From Arcobacteraceae bacterium (GTDB taxonomy: Bacteria > Campylobacterota > Campylobacteria > Campylobacterales > Arcobacteraceae), in contig JBNKLC010000045.1 of the NCBI GenBank assembly GCA_050292155.1, positions 18,757-82,756 on the forward strand: a DNA stretch of 64,000 bases, in the 5' to 3' direction. The notes under the pieces were generated by a model that had not been told where the DNA came from, did not search any database, and saw nothing but the letters and a program-made list of their open reading frames with translations. Positions within the stretch are counted from its first letter, which is position 1. Each line of letters opens with the position of its first letter. Below are positions 10,118-22,054 of this stretch, piece by piece. Both the position numbers and the translations under genes were made by a program.

Positions 10118-10193
10118 ATGTGCTAAAACAATTATAAAATTTTCATAACTTTCATGGTAGAATATGTTTTTAAATTATAAGGATTAAAAAGTT

Positions 10194-11915
<1,722 letters not shown>

Positions 11916-11927
11916 GTAAGTGTAAAA

Positions 11928-12806
11928 ATGAAAAAGTTAATTTTATTATTTTTATTTTCTATTTCTATTTTTGCAAAAGTAGATATCTCTTTGTCCCATA
12001 CAAAGGTAAAAAATGGGACAACCTTTGCCGTAGTTTTTCAAAGCGATACGAAAATGACTCAGGCTCCAAATGTCGTATTTCAAGATAAAACGTACCAAAT
12101 GTTTACAATCAACGGTTCTATAAAAAACTATGAGCTATTTTTACCGATTGATTATCATAATCCAAGAAAAAAAGAAAATATAGAAGTAAAATATTTACAA
12201 GATGGGAAGCTTCAAAGAAAAGAGTTATTTATCAATGTAGTAGATGGAAATTATAAAAAAAATGAGATTATAAAAGTTGCAAAAGGGAAAGTGACATTAT
12301 CCAAAAAAAATAAAGAGCGATCGAAAAAAGAGTATGCAAAAGTGTATAAAAATGTTTATTCACAAGTTTCTTTATATGATTTAACAAACAATGAAAATTT
12401 TACCAATCCAATGCAAAGTATTATCACAAGTAATTTTGGAAATGCAAGAATCTACAACGGTACAACAAGAAGTTACCACACGGGTACCGATTTTAGAGCA
12501 AAAACAGGAACACCGATATACGCTTCAAACAATGGAGTGGTAGCACTTACAATGAATAGATTTTATTTAGGTAATGTTGTATATATAGACCACGGCAGAG
12601 GGGTATACAGCTATTATTGTCATATGAGTGATATAAAAGTAAAAAAGGGACAAAGGGTAAAAAAAGGGGAATTGATAGGAATTTCAGGAAAAACAGGACG
12701 GGTTACGGGTCCCCATCTTCATTATGCTTTTAGGCTCTACAATACTACGGTTGATCCTTTGCAGTATCATCGGCTTTATAATCAAATCTTAAAAAGATAT
12801 CATTAA
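11928..12806 (+). CDS. M23 (LytM-type) family metallopeptidase
   Basis: Signal peptide. HTGTDFRA and GPHLHYAF metal-binding motifs in the C-terminal domain. Confidence 0.85.
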   Translation: MKKLILLFLFSISIFAKVDISLSHTKVKNGTTFAVVFQSDTKMTQAPNVVFQDKTYQMFTINGSIKNYELFLPIDYHNPRKKENIEVKYLQDGKLQRKELFINVVDGNYKKNEIIKVAKGKVTLSKKNKERSKKEYAKVYKNVYSQVSLYDLTNNENFTNPMQSIITSNFGNARIYNGTTRSYHTGTDFRAKTGTPIYASNNGVVALTMNRFYLGNVVYIDHGRGVYSYYCHMSDIKVKKGQRVKKGELIGISGKTGRVTGPHLHYAFRLYNTTVDPLQYHRLYNQILKRYH

Positions 12807-12870
12807 TTAAATCATTACGTAAATTTGGATATTATATCTCCTATTTTGAAGAAGATTTAAGAGAGAAAAA

Positions 12871-14082
12871 ATGTCAATAGATTTTAAACAATTAGCAAAC
12901 AAATACCAAACACCATATTATGTATATGATTTTGATTATATTTCAAGGCAATACAATGAACTCAAAGAAGCTTTTAAAGCAAGAAAGTCTCTTATTTCTT
13001 ATGCCGTAAAAGCAAACTCAAACCTTAGTGTCGTAAAACACCTTGGAGACCAAGGGAGCGGAGCGGACTGTGTAAGTATCGGTGAAGTAAAACGTGCAAT
13101 TAAAGTGGGTATCCCAAAATATAAAATTATATTCAGCGGTGTGGGAAAAACAGATGATGAGATCAAAGAGGCGTTGGAGCTTGATATTTTGATGATAAAC
13201 GTAGAGAGTGACGCCGAGCTTGACCGGGTTGAACTGATGGCAAAAAACCTAAATAAAGAGGCTCGTATCTCAATAAGGGTAAATCCAAACGTCGATCCAA
13301 AAACACATCCATACATCTCAACGGGACTCCATGAGAATAAATTTGGTGTGGATATCGATACTGCTAAGCGGATGTATATAAAAGCAAAAAAAAGCGAATA
13401 TATAGACCCCGTCGGTATCCACTGTCATATAGGTTCCCAATTAACAGAACTGGCACCGATAAAAGAGTCTGTAAATATAGTAGCCAACCTTGTGAGAAAT
13501 ATAAAAGCGGCACTTGATGTGGAATTAAAGTTTTTTGATGTGGGCGGCGGTCTTGGTATAGTTTACGATAAAGAGACTTTAATTGATACCTACGAGTATG
13601 CTCAAATAATTCTTGATGCACTTCACGGGTTAGACATTACGGTTGTGTGTGAGCCTGGAAGATTTATCGTGGGAAACAGCGGAGTATTTGTCACAAAAGT
13701 ATTATATGAAAAAACAAACGGGGAAAAAAGATTTGTAATCGTAGACGGTGCGATGAATGATCTATTGAGACCATCTTTGTATGATGCATATCATAAAATT
13801 GAGATTGTAGGTAAAAGTGAAAATCCAAGTGATTGTAACGTAGTGGGTCCCGTGTGTGAAAGCGGCGACTTTTTTGCAAAAAATATTGAATTGCCACTTA
13901 CCGAGCACAATGACCTTATGGCGATTTACAGTGCAGGAGCATACGGTTTTACGATGGCAAGTAATTACAATACTAGAGGAAGAGCTGCTGAAATTGCAGT
14001 TGAAAACGGGCAGGACAGATTAATCAGAAGAAGAGAAACTTTTGAAGATATAATTGCCCTTGAAGAAGAATATATAAAGTAG
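12871..14082 (+). CDS. lysA: diaminopimelate decarboxylase
   Basis: YAVKANSNL (PLP Lys), HCHIGSQ, GPVCESGD, 403 aa. Confidence 0.92.
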   Translation: MSIDFKQLANKYQTPYYVYDFDYISRQYNELKEAFKARKSLISYAVKANSNLSVVKHLGDQGSGADCVSIGEVKRAIKVGIPKYKIIFSGVGKTDDEIKEALELDILMINVESDAELDRVELMAKNLNKEARISIRVNPNVDPKTHPYISTGLHENKFGVDIDTAKRMYIKAKKSEYIDPVGIHCHIGSQLTELAPIKESVNIVANLVRNIKAALDVELKFFDVGGGLGIVYDKETLIDTYEYAQIILDALHGLDITVVCEPGRFIVGNSGVFVTKVLYEKTNGEKRFVIVDGAMNDLLRPSLYDAYHKIEIVGKSENPSDCNVVGPVCESGDFFAKNIELPLTEHNDLMAIYSAGAYGFTMASNYNTRGRAAEIAVENGQDRLIRRRETFEDIIALEEEYIK

Positions 14083-14104
14083 ACCCGAAATAAAAGGATA
14101 ATAT

Positions 14105-15184
14105 ATGGGAAATGAATCAGGATTACAAAATTTAAGAGATGCCTTAGATACGATTGACAATCGATTGTTAGACCTTTTAAATGAAAGAATGCAAACGATT
14201 CATAAAGTAGGAAAACTTAAAGCTCAATCAGGCGGTGCTATATATAGACCCGAGAGAGAAAAAGCGATTATCGATAGATTGGAACAACGATCAAAAGAGA
14301 AAAAAGGGGATCTTACAAGGGATGCTATCGAGGCACTTTTTTTGGAAATTTTTGCAATAAGTAGAAATCTTGAGTTGCCTGAGAATATTGCATTTTTAGG
14401 ACCTGAGGGGAGCTATACCCATCAAGCCGCAGAGAGTAGATTTGGTGCGATGAGTGCATATTTACCGATAAGTTCTATCAAAGGTGTATTTCGTGAAGTT
14501 GCCAATAAAAAAGCAAAATTTGGAGTAATACCTATAGAAAACAGCTCCAATGGAATAGTAAGCGATACTATCAATTGTCTAAGCGAGTATGATTTAAACA
14601 TTATTGCAGAAGTGATGGTGGATATTCATCATTGTTTGGCTACGACGAGTGATCATGTAAATCAAATAAAAAAAATATATTCAAAAGATATTGCTATAGA
14701 GCAGTGTAGAAAATTTTTAGAAGATGTAGGGCTTGACGAGGTGGAACTTATCCCTGTAGAGAGTACTGCAAAAGCTGCGAAGTTGGCAACAAAAGAAAAA
14801 AATTCTGCAGCAATCTGTTCCCATATCGGCGCAAAGATGTATAATCTTCCAATTCTTTTTGAAGATATTGAAGATGAAGGGGATAATAGAACAAGATTTT
14901 TAATTGTCAGTGATTTTGAAAACGGTAAAAGCGGCGATGATAAAACATCTGTTTTAGTACAGTTACCAAATGAACACGGAGCACTTGTAAGGTTTTTAAA
15001 TGATTTTGATGAAGCAGGGATCAACCTTACAAAAATCAAATCACATATTGTGGGGGGAATTTCAACATTTTTTATTGATTTTAACGGACATAAAGATGAT
15101 GAACATGTTGCAAAAATATTTGAAAAACACAAAAATAGTATAAAAAATTTAGGAAGTTATGTAAGGGAAAGAGATGACATTTAA
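14105..15184 (+). CDS. pheA: bifunctional chorismate mutase / prephenate dehydratase
   Basis: N-terminal CM helix [23 protein letters not shown] domain [23 protein letters not shown], and a C-terminal ACT-like region. Confidence 0.9.
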   Translation: MGNESGLQNLRDALDTIDNRLLDLLNERMQTIHKVGKLKAQSGGAIYRPEREKAIIDRLEQRSKEKKGDLTRDAIEALFLEIFAISRNLELPENIAFLGPEGSYTHQAAESRFGAMSAYLPISSIKGVFREVANKKAKFGVIPIENSSNGIVSDTINCLSEYDLNIIAEVMVDIHHCLATTSDHVNQIKKIYSKDIAIEQCRKFLEDVGLDEVELIPVESTAKAAKLATKEKNSAAICSHIGAKMYNLPILFEDIEDEGDNRTRFLIVSDFENGKSGDDKTSVLVQLPNEHGALVRFLNDFDEAGINLTKIKSHIVGGISTFFIDFNGHKDDEHVAKIFEKHKNSIKNLGSYVRERDDI

Positions 15185-16271
15185 TCCGGTATTAGACAAT
15201 GTAAATATATATGAGGCAGGAAAGCCTATAGAACTTGTAGTAAGGGAGTATGGGGTTGAGCCAAAAGATATTATAAAACTAGCATCTAATGAAAATCCGT
15301 ACGGGACGGCACCCGAAGTGAAAAAAGTGATAGAGGCAAATGCAAAAAATGCTTGTATCTATCCCGATGATTCGATGTATGAATTAAAAGGGGCTTTGGC
15401 TAAAAAGTTTGATGTAGAAGATAAAAATATTATTATCGGTGCAGGGAGCGATCAAGTGATTGAGTTTTGTGTTCATGCAAAATGTGATGCAAACTCAAAA
15501 GTACTTATGGCAAAAACTACGTTTGCAATGTACGAAATTTATGCAAAACAAACTGGAGCTACTATTTTAAAAACACCGTCCGATGAGCATAATTTGGATG
15601 AGTTTAGAGCAATCTACAAAAAAGAAGGGGCAGATATCATTTTTCTTTGTCTTCCCAACAACCCTTTAGGGGAGTGTTTGGATGCACAAGAGGTAAACGA
15701 CTTTTTGGCTGAAATAGATTTAAATACTCTTGTGGTATTAGACGGTGCTTATCAAGAGTATGCAAAATATAAAGATCCTGCAAAAAAGATAGATGTAAAA
15801 GAGATTACACAAAAATATCCAAATGTGATCTATCTTGGAACTTTTTCAAAAGCATACGCACTTGGAGGTATGAGAGTAGGATATGGAGTAGCAAATGAAG
15901 AGATTATTGTAAATCTTCATAAGCTTCGACCACCTTTTAATATTACCGTTTTAACTTTGGCTGCTGCTATTGAAGCAACCAAACATGAAGATTTTGTTGA
16001 TGAGTGTGTTGGGAAAAATTTTGAGCAGATGGTTAGGTATGAAGAGTATGCAAAAACAAAAGGGTTTCGATATATCCCTTCATATACAAACTTTATTACA
16101 ATTTATCTTGATGGATACAGCTCAAAAGAGATTTCACAAAAACTATTAGAATGTGGTGTAATCGTAAGGGATATGACAGGCTACGGATTTAATGCAATTA
16201 GAATTACCATTGGAACAAGTGAACAAAATACAAAAGTATTTGAAACACTTGATAAAGTTCTAAAAAAATAA
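15174..16271 (+). CDS. hisC: histidinol-phosphate aminotransferase
   Basis: LASNENPYG and [16 protein letters not shown] (PLP Lys). Overlaps the pheA end by 11 nt. Confidence 0.88.
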   Translation: MTFNPVLDNVNIYEAGKPIELVVREYGVEPKDIIKLASNENPYGTAPEVKKVIEANAKNACIYPDDSMYELKGALAKKFDVEDKNIIIGAGSDQVIEFCVHAKCDANSKVLMAKTTFAMYEIYAKQTGATILKTPSDEHNLDEFRAIYKKEGADIIFLCLPNNPLGECLDAQEVNDFLAEIDLNTLVVLDGAYQEYAKYKDPAKKIDVKEITQKYPNVIYLGTFSKAYALGGMRVGYGVANEEIIVNLHKLRPPFNITVLTLAAAIEATKHEDFVDECVGKNFEQMVRYEEYAKTKGFRYIPSYTNFITIYLDGYSSKEISQKLLECGVIVRDMTGYGFNAIRITIGTSEQNTKVFETLDKVLKK

Positions 16272-16283
16272 AAGGAGAGAACG

Positions 16284-17582
16284 ATGTTTTCCAGATTTAA
16301 ACTACAACAGCACGGTACAAGTGTAAAAACGGAGTTTTTAGCAGGATTTACCACATTTTTGACTATGATGTATATAGTTCCCGTGAACGGATTTATTTTA
16401 AGTGATGCGGGATTACCTATGGGAGCCGTTATTACGGCGACGGCACTTATTACAATTTTAGCTACTGTTTTTAATGGATTATGGTCAAACACACCCATTG
16501 CCATGAGTGTCGGAATGGGGCTTAATGCTTATTTCTCTTATGGACTTGTATTGGGTATGGGATTGCCTTGGCAAAGCGCACTTGGTGTTGTGTTTTTAAG
16601 TGGTATTATTTTTATGATACTTTCATTTACAAAGTTTCGTGTATGGATTATGACCTCGATTCCAGTGGATTTAAGACGTGCCATTAGTGCAGGAATTGGT
16701 GCATTTATTGCATTTATAGGGTTAAAACAGATGGGGATAGTTGTGGATAATAAAGCAACGCTTGTAGCACTTGGGAATCTTTCAAATCCTATGGTTCTTT
16801 TGGGAATATTTGGATTATTCGTTACTTTGGTATTTTATACATTTAAATTTAAAGGTGCATTTATTTTAGGGATACTTGTAACATCTATTGCAGGATGGAT
16901 ATTTGGAATAGGAGCTATGCCAAAAGAGATAGTGGGACTTCCTGCGTCAATCTCTCCTATATTGTTACAACTTGATATTATGAGTGCATTATCTTTAGCG
17001 TTACTTCCTGTGATTATTACTTTTTTGGTAACCGATATGTTTGATACCCTTGGAACTTTAACGGGAGTTGGAACAAGAGCAAATCTTTTTCAAACAACTG
17101 ACTCAAAAGATAAAGCATTGGAAAAAACACTTGAGGCGGATGCAGTGGCAACTGTTGGTGGAAGTTTACTTGGAGTTTCAACTACAACCTCATTTATCGA
17201 AAGTGCCAGTGGTGTTGAAGAGGGTGGACGGACTGGATTAACCTCTGTATTTACGGGACTATTTTTTATCCTTACACTTTTTATGTTACCTCTTTTTAAA
17301 TCGATCCCTGCAAATGCTATCTATCCTGTTTTGGTAGTTGTAGGTGTATTGATGTTTAGTGAACTGGGAAATATTAATTTTAAAAACAACGATTTGGCAG
17401 TGACAAGTGCAGCATTTTTAATGGTTATATTGATGCCTTTAACATACTCTATTACAAATGGGTTTGCTGCAGGTTTTGTCGTATATACTGCATTAAAATT
17501 AATGAAAAGAGAAACCAAAGATATTAATTTGGGATTAATAGTAATTACATTAATCTCTTTATTGGTATTTATATTACACTAA
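16284..17582 (+). CDS. NCS2/AzgA-family purine (adenine/guanine/hypoxanthine) permease
   Basis: 432 aa polytopic. N-terminus FKLQQHGTSVKTEFLAGFTTFLTMMYIVPVN is typical of AzgA-like permeases. Confidence 0.8.
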   Translation: MFSRFKLQQHGTSVKTEFLAGFTTFLTMMYIVPVNGFILSDAGLPMGAVITATALITILATVFNGLWSNTPIAMSVGMGLNAYFSYGLVLGMGLPWQSALGVVFLSGIIFMILSFTKFRVWIMTSIPVDLRRAISAGIGAFIAFIGLKQMGIVVDNKATLVALGNLSNPMVLLGIFGLFVTLVFYTFKFKGAFILGILVTSIAGWIFGIGAMPKEIVGLPASISPILLQLDIMSALSLALLPVIITFLVTDMFDTLGTLTGVGTRANLFQTTDSKDKALEKTLEADAVATVGGSLLGVSTTTSFIESASGVEEGGRTGLTSVFTGLFFILTLFMLPLFKSIPANAIYPVLVVVGVLMFSELGNINFKNNDLAVTSAAFLMVILMPLTYSITNGFAAGFVVYTALKLMKRETKDINLGLIVITLISLLVFILH

Positions 17583-17591
17583 GGGAAGAGA

Positions 17592-18041
17592 TTGGAAAAA
17601 ATCTATTACAGTTACGAAGAGTGTATTAGAGATTGTAAAGTTTTAATACCAAAGTTAAAGGAGTATAATCCCGACGCCCTTATAGCTATTGCAAGAGGTG
17701 GACTTACTTTAGGACACCTTTTAAGTGAAGCATTAGGGACAAGAGAGATTTACTCTTTAAATTCTATCCATTATGACGGGATGAAAAAGCTTGATACTTT
17801 TGATATTTTTAATATCCCCGATCTCTTAAGACGACACAAAGTTGTTCTTATTGAAGATATTATCGATAGCGGGGAGAGTATGGTGGAGATATTAAAGGTT
17901 TTAAAAGATAAGTATCCCCATTGTGAATTTAAAACAGCAACAATATTTTACAAACCTACGGCTTTAATTCAGCCCGATTTTAGTGTAAAAGAAGCAAAAG
18001 GGTGGATTGAATTTTTTTGGGAAGTTGATCCACTAGGATAG
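17592..18041 (+). CDS. purine phosphoribosyltransferase (xanthine/guanine-type)
   Basis: PRPP-binding loop VVLIEDIIDSGESM, 149 aa, adjacent to the purine permease. TTG start. Confidence 0.75.
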   Translation: MEKIYYSYEECIRDCKVLIPKLKEYNPDALIAIARGGLTLGHLLSEALGTREIYSLNSIHYDGMKKLDTFDIFNIPDLLRRHKVVLIEDIIDSGESMVEILKVLKDKYPHCEFKTATIFYKPTALIQPDFSVKEAKGWIEFFWEVDPLG

Positions 18042-18050
18042 AGAGTAAAT

Positions 18051-19850
18051 ATGGATATAAAAAATAAAAATATAAAAGAGTTGGAACAACTTTCGCAGGA
18101 TATTAGAGATAGAATTATAGAAGTAGTCTCAATAAACGGTGGACACTTTAGCTCAACTCTTGGGGCGGTTGAACTTACCCTTGGTATGCACAAAGTTTTT
18201 GAAAGTGAACATGATCCTTTTATTTTTGACGTATCACACCAATGTTATCCCCATAAACTTATAACCGGACGTTGGGAAGAGTTTAGCACCCTTAGGCAGT
18301 TTAACGGAATAAGCGGATTTACAAAACCAAAAGAGAGTGATGCCGATTATTTTGTAGCAGGACATTCATCTACTTCAATCTCTTTGGCAGTGGGTGCTGC
18401 AAAAGCCGCTAAATTAGAAGATAACGGTAAAGTTCCGGTTGTAATGATAGGGGACGGTTCTATGAGTGCAGGGATGGTATACGAAGCACTGAATGAACTT
18501 GGTGATCTTAAACTACCCGTTGTGATCATACTAAACGACAATGAAATGTCTATTGCAAAACCGATTGGTGCAATCTCTAAACATCTTAGTAAAATATTGG
18601 CGGGAAAATCGTACCAAAGTTTTAAAGATAAAGTTGATAAATTTATCAAAAACAATATGCCTGAGGGGACAACTTATATAGCAAAAAGGATGGAAGAATC
18701 TTTAAAGCTTATTACCCCTGGGATTATGTTTGAAGAGATGGGGATAGATTATATAGGTCCGATTGACGGACATGATCTTAAAGAGATAATAGATACTTTA
18801 GAGATTGCAAAAAAGATGCAAAAACCCGTAATCGTTCATGCACGGACAATTAAAGGGAAAGGTTATCCTATAGCCGAAGGACATTATGAACACTGGCATG
18901 GAGTTGGACCTTTTGATGTTGAAACAGGGGAGTTTGTTAAAAAAAGCGGTGGAAAAAGTGCTACGGCAGTTTTCAGCGATGGGTTGTGTAAATTGGCAAG
19001 AGAGGATGACAAAGTGGTTGGTGTTACCGCTGCGATGCCAAGCGGTACGGGAATTGATAAACTGATGGAAGAATTTCCGACAAGGTTTTGGGATGTAGCG
19101 ATTGCGGAGCAACACGCAGTAACCTCTATGGCAGCCATGGCAAAGGATGGATTTAAACCATTTGTGACTATCTATTCTACATTTTTACAAAGAGGGTTTG
19201 ATCAAATTATCCATGATGTATGTTTGATGAATTTGCCTGTAACTTTTGCAATCGATAGAGCAGGGATAGTAGGAGCTGATGGGGAAACCCACCAAGGGCA
19301 GTTTGATATAAGTTTTTTACGATTTTTACCAAATATGACCCTTTTTGCTCCAAGGGATGCAAAGACACTGGAGTATGCTTTGGAATTTGCAAAAGATTTT
19401 GAATCTCCTTGTGCTCTGCGTTACCCAAGAGGAGCATTTAGTGAGTTGGATTACGAGCCGAAAAAATTTCATTTAGGACGAGGAGAAGTTTTAAAAGAGG
19501 GAAACAGCGGGAAAGTTTTTATCGGGTATGGTGCAGGTGTTGCAAAAGCCATTGAAACCGAAAAGCTTATTGATGAAGATATTACGATAATAGATCTTCG
19601 GTTTGTAAAACCGCTTGATAGTGAACTGCTTTTGGATATTTCTAAAAAATCTACACAATGGTATGTTTTTAGCGATTCACAAAAGCAAGGTGGGGTAGGA
19701 AGTGCACTTTTAGAGTTTATCAGTGACAATGATTTGGATATAAAGCTTAAAACATTTGAATACGACGATATCTATATCCAACATGGAGATACAAAGCTTT
19801 TAGAGGAAGATTTGGGAATATTGCCTTGGCAGATTGCTGAGCAAATTTAG
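18051..19850 (+). CDS. dxs: 1-deoxy-D-xylulose-5-phosphate synthase
   Basis: GGHFSSTLG, GHSSTSIS, GDGSMSAGMVYEALN (TPP motif), 599 aa. Confidence 0.93.
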   Translation: MDIKNKNIKELEQLSQDIRDRIIEVVSINGGHFSSTLGAVELTLGMHKVFESEHDPFIFDVSHQCYPHKLITGRWEEFSTLRQFNGISGFTKPKESDADYFVAGHSSTSISLAVGAAKAAKLEDNGKVPVVMIGDGSMSAGMVYEALNELGDLKLPVVIILNDNEMSIAKPIGAISKHLSKILAGKSYQSFKDKVDKFIKNNMPEGTTYIAKRMEESLKLITPGIMFEEMGIDYIGPIDGHDLKEIIDTLEIAKKMQKPVIVHARTIKGKGYPIAEGHYEHWHGVGPFDVETGEFVKKSGGKSATAVFSDGLCKLAREDDKVVGVTAAMPSGTGIDKLMEEFPTRFWDVAIAEQHAVTSMAAMAKDGFKPFVTIYSTFLQRGFDQIIHDVCLMNLPVTFAIDRAGIVGADGETHQGQFDISFLRFLPNMTLFAPRDAKTLEYALEFAKDFESPCALRYPRGAFSELDYEPKKFHLGRGEVLKEGNSGKVFIGYGAGVAKAIETEKLIDEDITIIDLRFVKPLDSELLLDISKKSTQWYVFSDSQKQGGVGSALLEFISDNDLDIKLKTFEYDDIYIQHGDTKLLEEDLGILPWQIAEQI

Positions 19851-19859
19851 GAAAAACTT

Positions 19860-20522
19860 ATGCAAAACAGTAGAGTAAAACATTTTTTTGAGCTTGTAGT
19901 TCAAGGATTATTTTGGGTGCTTCCGATTGTAGTTATAGCTATGATTGTATTGTGGTTGTATGAAAAAGTAGATGTGATTGTAGAAGCTATTTTTTCATTG
20001 ATTGGGTTTACTCCACAAAGCAATCATCTATTGTGGTTTATTTTAGTACTTATTATACTTGTGGTACTTTTATATTTTGTGGGACATTTTGTAGAGACAA
20101 GACTGGCTAACTGGACACAGAAAATTCTTGAAAAGATACCGGGATACTCAACTATAAAAGATATAATCGGTATTTTTAATTCTTCTAAAAAAGGGGAAAC
20201 ACAAGTTTTGGTTGTAGCAATTCGTGGATTTGCCAATGAGGGGTATAATATAGGATTGATGTATTCGCAAAATGAATCGATCATAAAAGACCACTATACC
20301 ATAACCCTTTCACAAACCCCTATTCCAAACGGCGGATATATGTTTGAAGTACATAAAGACAATATCTTTGTAATTGAAGAAGCTACATTTGACCATAACC
20401 TCCAATATCTTTTATCGATGGGTGTAAAAAGTATAAAAGATATTATAGGAGTTGAAGCAAAATCTATTGAAGAGTTTACTTCGTTGGAGAGTTGGTTAGC
20501 CGCAAAAACTTCAAGTCTATAA
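19860..20522 (+). CDS. DUF502-family membrane protein
   Basis: Two N-terminal TM helices, IPGYSTIKDI loop, then a soluble C-terminal domain. Same architecture as the paralog at 48203-48823. Confidence 0.6.
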   Translation: MQNSRVKHFFELVVQGLFWVLPIVVIAMIVLWLYEKVDVIVEAIFSLIGFTPQSNHLLWFILVLIILVVLLYFVGHFVETRLANWTQKILEKIPGYSTIKDIIGIFNSSKKGETQVLVVAIRGFANEGYNIGLMYSQNESIIKDHYTITLSQTPIPNGGYMFEVHKDNIFVIEEATFDHNLQYLLSMGVKSIKDIIGVEAKSIEEFTSLESWLAAKTSSL

Positions 20523-20933
20523 TTCACTCAATAGATACAATCCTGCAAGATAGCCTTGCTCTTGGTATTTGTTTAGACTTGGAGGGAATTCAACTGCATT
20601 GTTTTTTTCAAATTTACTGATTGCTTGAGGGGAGATAAGTTTTACTTCACAAAGTCCGTTGAGTTGGATTAATCCCTCAAGTTTAAAAGTAACAGCCCCA
20701 CCTGCAAATGTCCCTTTTTTTGCCCGTTTTTTAATAGCAATATATTCTATATCGTATTTTTTGATAAGATTTTTTATAAAAGCAACATAGTTTTGAAGTT
20801 CATCTATATCCTCATCATTTTGAATAGATATTTTTTTCTCTTTAATATCCATATAGTGTACGTTCCCGTGGGTAGTATCTATTAAGCAAAAAATAGTGTT
20901 ATTTGCTTTGAGTTCAATTGCACATATTCTCAT
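20517..20933 (-). CDS. hypothetical protein, DUF3010-like
   Basis: 138 aa. MRICAIELKANNTIFCLID... N-terminus and a KKRAKKGTFAGGAVTFKLEG segment resemble DUF3010 proteins as I recall them. Confidence 0.4.
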   Translation of the reverse strand: MRICAIELKANNTIFCLIDTTHGNVHYMDIKEKKISIQNDEDIDELQNYVAFIKNLIKKYDIEYIAIKKRAKKGTFAGGAVTFKLEGLIQLNGLCEVKLISPQAISKFEKNNAVEFPPSLNKYQEQGYLAGLYLLSEL

Positions 20934-21085
20934 AGTATATCCTTTGTAGTTTATATAAAAAAGTATAGTGAAATTTTTTATATTACAATGATTTTATTGC
21001 AAATTGCAATTTTTATTTACCAATATTAATTTAAGTTTTACATAGAATATAGTATATTGTACACTCTGAAACAAAAAGGAAACCG

Positions 21086-22024
21086 GTGAGAGAATCTATC
21101 CAAAATTATATAAAGCAATTAGAAATGCTCTTAAGCTTTCAAGGGATATGCTGGTGGATAATAGATTACGAATACGACCCTGAATATTTTTACTGCAATG
21201 AATTAATGGAAGACACTTTTTCTTTGGATAAAAATTTAGAAAAACACTCCGTGGCACTTACCTGTCCGATTGCCGGAGATTATAACAAAAATATAGAACT
21301 TGCCGAAGATTCAAAAATAAAAGCGCAACTTGTATTTGATGAGTATAATCAATTGATAAAACAAGAGATAAATGAATATAAAAATCAATTTCCTTACTAT
21401 AATGAAAAATTAAATAAAACATTTTATTTTTCCAGTCGTGCAAAAGTGATAGAGCTTAATGAAAATAAAGAAGTATCAATCCTTTTTGGGATTATTGTAG
21501 ATATTACAAAACATCAAGAACAAAAAAAGGAATTTGAGAGACTCTCTCAAACCGATGCCCTTACAGGACTTTATAATAGATTTAAATTAGATGAATCTTT
21601 AAACATAGAAATAGATAGATATAAAAGGGAAAATAGACCGTTGAGTCTTATTATGATGGATATAGATCAATTTAAAAATATCAATGATCAGTTTGGACAT
21701 CTTATAGGAGATGAAGTGCTGAAACAAATTGCCGGTATATTAAAAGAGAATACAAGAAAAATTGATGTTATAGGAAGATGGGGTGGGGAAGAATTTATGA
21801 TAATTTGTCCAAATACCCCGATAAGAAATGCAAAAGAACTTGCCGAAAAATTGCGGATACGTATGCAAACAATTGCTTTTAAAACAAAAAAAGAGCAAAC
21901 GGCTAGTTTTGGGATAAGTGAATTTAAAAACGATGATAGTGTGGACTCTTTTATAAATAGAGCCGATAATGCCCTTTATCAAGCAAAAGCAAAAGGTAGA
22001 AATAGAGTTGAGGTTTTTAACTAA
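21086..22024 (+). CDS. diguanylate cyclase (PAS-like sensor + GGDEF domain)
   Basis: GGEEF active site (RWGGEEFMI) with an RKID I-site 5 residues upstream. N-terminal ~150 aa are PAS-like. GTG start. Confidence 0.85.
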   Translation: MRESIQNYIKQLEMLLSFQGICWWIIDYEYDPEYFYCNELMEDTFSLDKNLEKHSVALTCPIAGDYNKNIELAEDSKIKAQLVFDEYNQLIKQEINEYKNQFPYYNEKLNKTFYFSSRAKVIELNENKEVSILFGIIVDITKHQEQKKEFERLSQTDALTGLYNRFKLDESLNIEIDRYKRENRPLSLIMMDIDQFKNINDQFGHLIGDEVLKQIAGILKENTRKIDVIGRWGGEEFMIICPNTPIRNAKELAEKLRIRMQTIAFKTKKEQTASFGISEFKNDDSVDSFINRADNALYQAKAKGRNRVEVFN

Positions 22025-22054
22025 CTATTTCTAAATCTAAAAAAAAGGAAAAAA

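Noticed and set aside
14662-15132. 156-aa minus-strand ORF inside pheA.
   Set aside because: Antisense shadow ORF. The S-rich low-complexity translation contrasts with clear PDT/ACT homology on the plus strand.
20996-21010. ATTGCAAATTGCAAT direct/near-palindromic repeat in the divergent promoter region between the DUF3010-like gene and the GGDEF gene.
   Set aside because: Plausible operator, but it is a single short AT-rich occurrence and I cannot match it to any known regulator motif.
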